Source: Flavobacteriales bacterium (GTDB lineage: Bacteria; Bacteroidota; Bacteroidia; NS11-12g; UBA955). Taken from it: a stretch of 64,000 bases of DNA. Shown piece by piece: positions 59,872 to 64,000 of the stretch. The stretch is taken from contig CANMCY010000002.1 in NCBI GenBank assembly GCA_947496375.1, positions 127,116 through 191,115 of the forward strand. Direction: 5' to 3'. The translations under genes and the position numbers were made by a program. How positions within the stretch are numbered: the stretch's first letter is position 1; every line of letters begins with the position of its first letter. Under the pieces are notes generated by a model. The model had not been told where the DNA came from. It saw nothing but the letters and a program-made list of their open reading frames with translations, and made no database searches.

Positions 59872-60506
59872 CAATAAATCATGCGTACCACCTCAAACAC
59901 CTCAGCCAGGGGCAGTCCCACTTGAACCCCACGCACTTTGGCCAAACTTTGAATGAAATCAGGTTTCATGTAGGGGCGGTGTGCCTGGCTTTTGTAGCAA
60001 GCCAACGCGCGCATTTTAGCGTCTACATGTTTTTGCTCCAGGGAATAAAACAGGGTGGTTTTAAATTCAAAATTATTCCAAGGCAATTCATAACAAAGCA
60101 ACGTCGAAAATTTAAAAGCCCGCACAGCTTCTTGGGCAATGGTATAATGATCCTGGTGAATGTCATTAACACTCGGCACAAAAACCACATCCGGTTTAAT
60201 TTTATTCCGTAAATTCAGAATATCATCCAGAATTTCCTGGCGGTGAAAATTGAAAGTGCGTACATCGTAATCAAACAGGTGCAGATTTTCTGCAGGAATA
60301 CCCAATTCCCGGGTAGATGCCTTAATTTCCTGAACAAGCACATCTTCCGGAAACCCTTCCAGAACACTGTGTCTGCAAGCCGAAAATGCGGCTATATGGA
60401 CCTGGTTGCCTTGTTCCAGCAGCAGTTTTATGGTTCCGCCACAGCCCAGTTCGGCATCGTCGGTGTGGGGTGAAAGAATGAGGATGGATTTGTTTGTAAA
60501 TTTCAA
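59871..60506 (-). CDS. PIG-L/LmbE family N-deacetylase
   Basis: SPHTDDAELGCGG, DIHQDH, YKSQ. TTG start. Confidence 0.92.
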   Translation of the reverse strand: MKFTNKSILILSPHTDDAELGCGGTIKLLLEQGNQVHIAAFSACRHSVLEGFPEDVLVQEIKASTRELGIPAENLHLFDYDVRTFNFHRQEILDDILNLRNKIKPDVVFVPSVNDIHQDHYTIAQEAVRAFKFSTLLCYELPWNNFEFKTTLFYSLEQKHVDAKMRALACYKSQAHRPYMKPDFIQSLAKVRGVQVGLPLAEVFEVVRMIY

Positions 60507-60510
60507 TTTT

Positions 60511-61761
60511 TTAATTTGGTTTTAGGTAAGGTATAATTTTCTTTGTTAAGTTTTCAATGCTATATTCATTAATGTCCAATTCCTTGTTAAAAGTCAATTC
60601 ATGACTAATTAACTCTAAAAGACGTTTTTTTATTGTTCCTTTATAAATGCCAAAACCAATCTTATTTTTTTCAACAAAATCAGTAGTTGGTCCTGGCTCA
60701 GAAAAAACAATAATAGGTTTTCTTAATGCTATTGCCTCATAGAATTTTGTGCTTTTTGAGTATTTTAAATCATCAGTTAAAAATAACATAGAATAATCAG
60801 CATTTAAGGAATCAACAATGGCATCATTAAATTTCTTTATACCACTATATCTAATAATCTGGTGATTATGTGTTATTTCTTGAAACCATGACGGAATCTC
60901 TCCCATAAAATTAAATTCCAATCTATTATAAATTTCAATGTTTTCAACCCTAATTTGGTCTAAAGCCTGCACAAATTCTGTAAAAACAATTTCAGTTTTA
61001 TTATACAGGGTACCTGAAAAGCTAAATATTATTTTATCCGTTTTTTTTAAATCCTCTTCTAAAACATGTATTTTATTATAGTCATGCGGATCAAACCCAT
61101 TTGGCAGCGTTACACATTTTTCATGCCCTGCAGATAATAGATGCTTAAAATGATTTTTCATTTCTTCAGAAACAGCAAATACAGTGTCATATTCTCTCAA
61201 AACAAACTTTTCTAGGTCTTGTTCATATTTCAATGATTCATCATTTAAACCGGAAAAACCAAATGAAGTTTGATTATTAGACCATGGGTCCCGAAAATCA
61301 ACAATGAAATTAACGTGTGGGAAATATTTTTTTACTTCAATAATTTCAGCAGCCATGTGAAACGGTCCTACTGTAACTAAAATATTGTTTACGCCATTAT
61401 TTATTTCCTTTTTTATAAGAGGTAATATTTTTTTTCCAAAACCTATAGAATAGTCATAAAAGTTTTGATTCTTGTAATTGCTTTTTACCTTAATTAATGC
61501 TAATCTATACCTGATTTTTTGAAATACCGTATCAGGCCGAGTCATTAAGATGGTTGGATAAGTCATTTTTTCATATAAAACAGGAATTTCAGATTGTAAA
61601 TCATTATTCCATTGGCTATCCGACAACCCGTCTTTTTTGGCTGCTATAACCCTACAATCAACCCCATTTTTATTTAAGTACTTTGAGAATTTAACCCATC
61701 TTCTTCCACCAATTCCGGAATATGGTGGAAAAGTAAAGCTCACAATGAGTAGGCGTATCAT
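60511..61761 (-). CDS. Glycosyltransferase (GT4-like), very AT-rich
   Basis: FPPYSGIGGRRW, DFRDPW, PNGFD, TKFYEAI. Confidence 0.85.
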   Translation of the reverse strand: MIRLLIVSFTFPPYSGIGGRRWVKFSKYLNKNGVDCRVIAAKKDGLSDSQWNNDLQSEIPVLYEKMTYPTILMTRPDTVFQKIRYRLALIKVKSNYKNQNFYDYSIGFGKKILPLIKKEINNGVNNILVTVGPFHMAAEIIEVKKYFPHVNFIVDFRDPWSNNQTSFGFSGLNDESLKYEQDLEKFVLREYDTVFAVSEEMKNHFKHLLSAGHEKCVTLPNGFDPHDYNKIHVLEEDLKKTDKIIFSFSGTLYNKTEIVFTEFVQALDQIRVENIEIYNRLEFNFMGEIPSWFQEITHNHQIIRYSGIKKFNDAIVDSLNADYSMLFLTDDLKYSKSTKFYEAIALRKPIIVFSEPGPTTDFVEKNKIGFGIYKGTIKKRLLELISHELTFNKELDINEYSIENLTKKIIPYLKPN

Positions 61762-61849
61762 TTAAATATGTTTTTCAATTTACTTACAAAAGGAGTCAAT
61801 AAATATCCGTAATTTTCGGGCTTTTTCAAAAAATCCTCTTAACAACCAC

Positions 61850-63748
61850 TCATTTCAAAAGTTGTGCGTTTATCTCTTGCCAAATCCTTTGGCTTTTTTT
61901 GAGATCAAATGTCTCATTCGGATTTGTTTTCTTTAATTCTGAGAGTTCTGAAGAAGGGAGAACCATCAGGTCTTCCTTGAAATTGGTTGAACTCAACATA
62001 TCCATCATCCATTCTTTTAGCGGCCCATTTGCCCAATGCTCAATGGGGCTGCCGATTCCCACCTTAAACGTTCTTTTTCTGATTCCTTCAGCCATTCGTC
62101 CTTTCATGGCTTCCCTTAAAATACGTTTATTAAAGCCACCGCCAATTTTTGCTTCTGTGGGCAACGAGAACAAATATGTTACCAAACGCCAGTCCATAAA
62201 TGGCATGCGTATTTCTACCCCATGCATCATACCCGCCCTATCAAAATTGCCTAAAATGGTGGGAAGTGAATTAACAAACGTTTCAAAATACAACAGCCGC
62301 TGCGGATAGGGTAGTTGACCCAATTGATAATCTTCACCCAAGCCCAGCAGCATGGGATGGTTTTCCAGATTGTCTTTGGGCCTGTTCTTTAGATACGACC
62401 CCAATTTGTATTTTAATCTTTTGATAGGGTTTTTTGCAATTTCCCTTAATACGTTCAAATTACTATAAACCCTTTCCCTTTCAGACTCGGCATAAGTTTC
62501 CACAATAATATCAGAGAGTGACAATGCCAACTTGGTTGAGCCTTCAGAAAAATAATGATGATAAAGACGGTACAACATATCGCGATAACCATACATCATT
62601 TCATCTACCGCATGACCATCAAGTGATACAGAGATGCCATTTTTCTTCATGCCCTCATAAATGCCGGCTATGGAAGTAATAGGAGCAGTTGAAATTGCAT
62701 CAAACATCATGGTATCCGCGGCCACCCTATCCGGAAGATTGTTTTCATTTTGCTCCAGATAGGTTACAGGTCCACCAGTAAATGCAACCGCTTCCTCCGC
62801 ATATTTTCGTTCATCCATGGCCAAACCAGGAAATGTAGCCACAAATGCCTGTTGACTGTTTTTGTGTGAACGTTCAAATGACTCTGTATTTAGCAAATGA
62901 TGAACCATGGAGTAAACACTGCTGGAATCCAATCCCCCGCTAAGTGCAGTTCCTATGGGAACATCACTGATTAATCTAAGACGACAAGCATCCTTGAACA
63001 ATTCATAAAAACATTCCGTTTGTTCCCGGAAGGATTTGGGAATGTTGTTATGAAGATGGTTTGAAATGTGCCACCAACGTTTTTGCTGCAATGGTTTATT
63101 CGCGGAAACCACCGCATAATGCCCGGGAAGAATCTGTTTTATGTTTTGAAAAATGGAGTAGCCTGACCCATCTATTGGGATTCCGGCAACCTGTAAATCC
63201 AGATACGTTTTATTTAAACTGCGCTGAAATCCCTCCAGATGTTTAAACGCCCGTGTTTCACTGGCAAAAGCAATTATTTTACCCGGTATATGCAAATAAT
63301 ACAAGGGCTTTATCCCAAAACGATCCCTGCATAGGATGAGTTCTTTTCGCAATTCATCCCAAATGGCCATGGCCCACATCCCGTTAAATTTATCAAGAGA
63401 CTGAATTCCCCATTTATCCCAAGCAGCTAAAATCACCTCTGTATCCGTATTCGACTTAAATTCATAGCCCAATGTTTCTAATTCTGCTTTTATTTCACCA
63501 AAATTGAAAACTTCCCCATTGTAGGTGATGGTATATCTTCCATTGTCAGATAACATAGGCTGTTTACCCAAATCAGACAAATCGAGAATGGACAAACGCC
63601 TGTGTCCAAGGCCCAGGGTGTTGTTTTCTAAAAGTGTATAGCCGCCGCCATCAGGTCCTCTGTTGGCCATAGAATCCGTAAACGTTTTTAGTTTTTGCTC
63701 TGTAACGGCAGTGCCGTCAAGATGCCATATTCCTGCAATTCCGCACAT
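61850..63748 (-). CDS. asnB: Asparagine synthase-like glutamine amidotransferase (copy 2)
   Basis: MCGIAG, RGPD, HRRLSILD, ALSGGLDSS, DGHAVDEMMYGY, EIRMPFMD. Confidence 0.92.
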   Translation of the reverse strand: MCGIAGIWHLDGTAVTEQKLKTFTDSMANRGPDGGGYTLLENNTLGLGHRRLSILDLSDLGKQPMLSDNGRYTITYNGEVFNFGEIKAELETLGYEFKSNTDTEVILAAWDKWGIQSLDKFNGMWAMAIWDELRKELILCRDRFGIKPLYYLHIPGKIIAFASETRAFKHLEGFQRSLNKTYLDLQVAGIPIDGSGYSIFQNIKQILPGHYAVVSANKPLQQKRWWHISNHLHNNIPKSFREQTECFYELFKDACRLRLISDVPIGTALSGGLDSSSVYSMVHHLLNTESFERSHKNSQQAFVATFPGLAMDERKYAEEAVAFTGGPVTYLEQNENNLPDRVAADTMMFDAISTAPITSIAGIYEGMKKNGISVSLDGHAVDEMMYGYRDMLYRLYHHYFSEGSTKLALSLSDIIVETYAESERERVYSNLNVLREIAKNPIKRLKYKLGSYLKNRPKDNLENHPMLLGLGEDYQLGQLPYPQRLLYFETFVNSLPTILGNFDRAGMMHGVEIRMPFMDWRLVTYLFSLPTEAKIGGGFNKRILREAMKGRMAEGIRKRTFKVGIGSPIEHWANGPLKEWMMDMLSSTNFKEDLMVLPSSELSELKKTNPNETFDLKKSQRIWQEINAQLLK

Positions 63749-63918
63749 GTATTAATTTTTATATTTATGGCTAACAGTTATTTTAATCTTATGCATAATT
63801 TACAGTTTTTTTATAATTATGTTAATTATATTAATTTGTTTTCTTTATCAAATAACTATATTAACGTTCAACACAAGAATGCATATTAAAAATTAGAATA
63901 TTTTGGGTAAAAAAAATT

Positions 63919-64000
63919 TCAAGAGTAAATAAAATCTAACTTTTTTATGAAATTGTCCTCGTTATAAACACATTTTGAGTCCATACTCGATGAAGGAATT
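63919..64000 (-). CDS. Possible 3' end of the next upstream gene of the polysaccharide locus
   Basis: Frame from 63999 reads IPSSSMDSKCVYNEDNFIKKLDFIYS, stop TGA at 63919-63921. Too short to identify. Confidence 0.35.
   Translation of the reverse strand, partial: IPSSSMDSKCVYNEDNFIKKLDFIYS

Noticed and set aside
63769-63775. GTTAGCC (attC-core-like) upstream of the second asnB on the minus strand
   Set aside because: A single 7-mer without a matching inverse core or hairpin is expected by chance.
1-64000. tRNA, rRNA, riboswitch, integrase, transposase or prophage genes
   Set aside because: None recognised by eye. Intergenic spaces are short and mostly accounted for, but an Infernal/tRNAscan run is needed to exclude small RNAs.

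Overview
A gene-dense chromosomal segment from a Bacteroidota bacterium, judged from two T9SS C-terminal domains, many TAnnTTTG promoter elements and the absence of Shine-Dalgarno motifs. Housekeeping genes are hflX, nbaC, gap, tyrS, gatA, tatA, frr and purK. Envelope genes include a TonB-dependent receptor, beta-barrels, T9SS cargo, an MsbA-like ABC transporter and an MltD-like protein. There is an SLBB/Wzz/rfbA/rfbD block and a complete, functionally uncharacterised RDD-SpoIIM-DUF4129-DUF4350-MoxR-DUF58 locus. From about 48.7 kb to the end runs a mosaic surface-polysaccharide locus: 5 GT4-like enzymes, 2 AsnB-like amidotransferases, a Wzy/WaaL-like protein with a G10 tract, a PIG-L deacetylase plus ATP-grasp pair, a cupin-like protein and an inserted RelE-type TA pair. 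The most structured non-coding DNA is a ~1.4 kb islet (6.0-7.5 kb) bounded by 69-bp direct repeats made of REP-like palindrome doublets; it carries a lipoprotein gene and a nonsense-interrupted XRE regulator. Other oddities are a 33-bp-phased operator-like array, an orphan antitoxin with a decayed toxin remnant, an MltD homologue lacking its catalytic Glu, and apparently near-leaderless transcripts. I recognised no CRISPR array, tRNA, rRNA, integrase or transposase. All family calls come from motif recognition by eye, not database searches.
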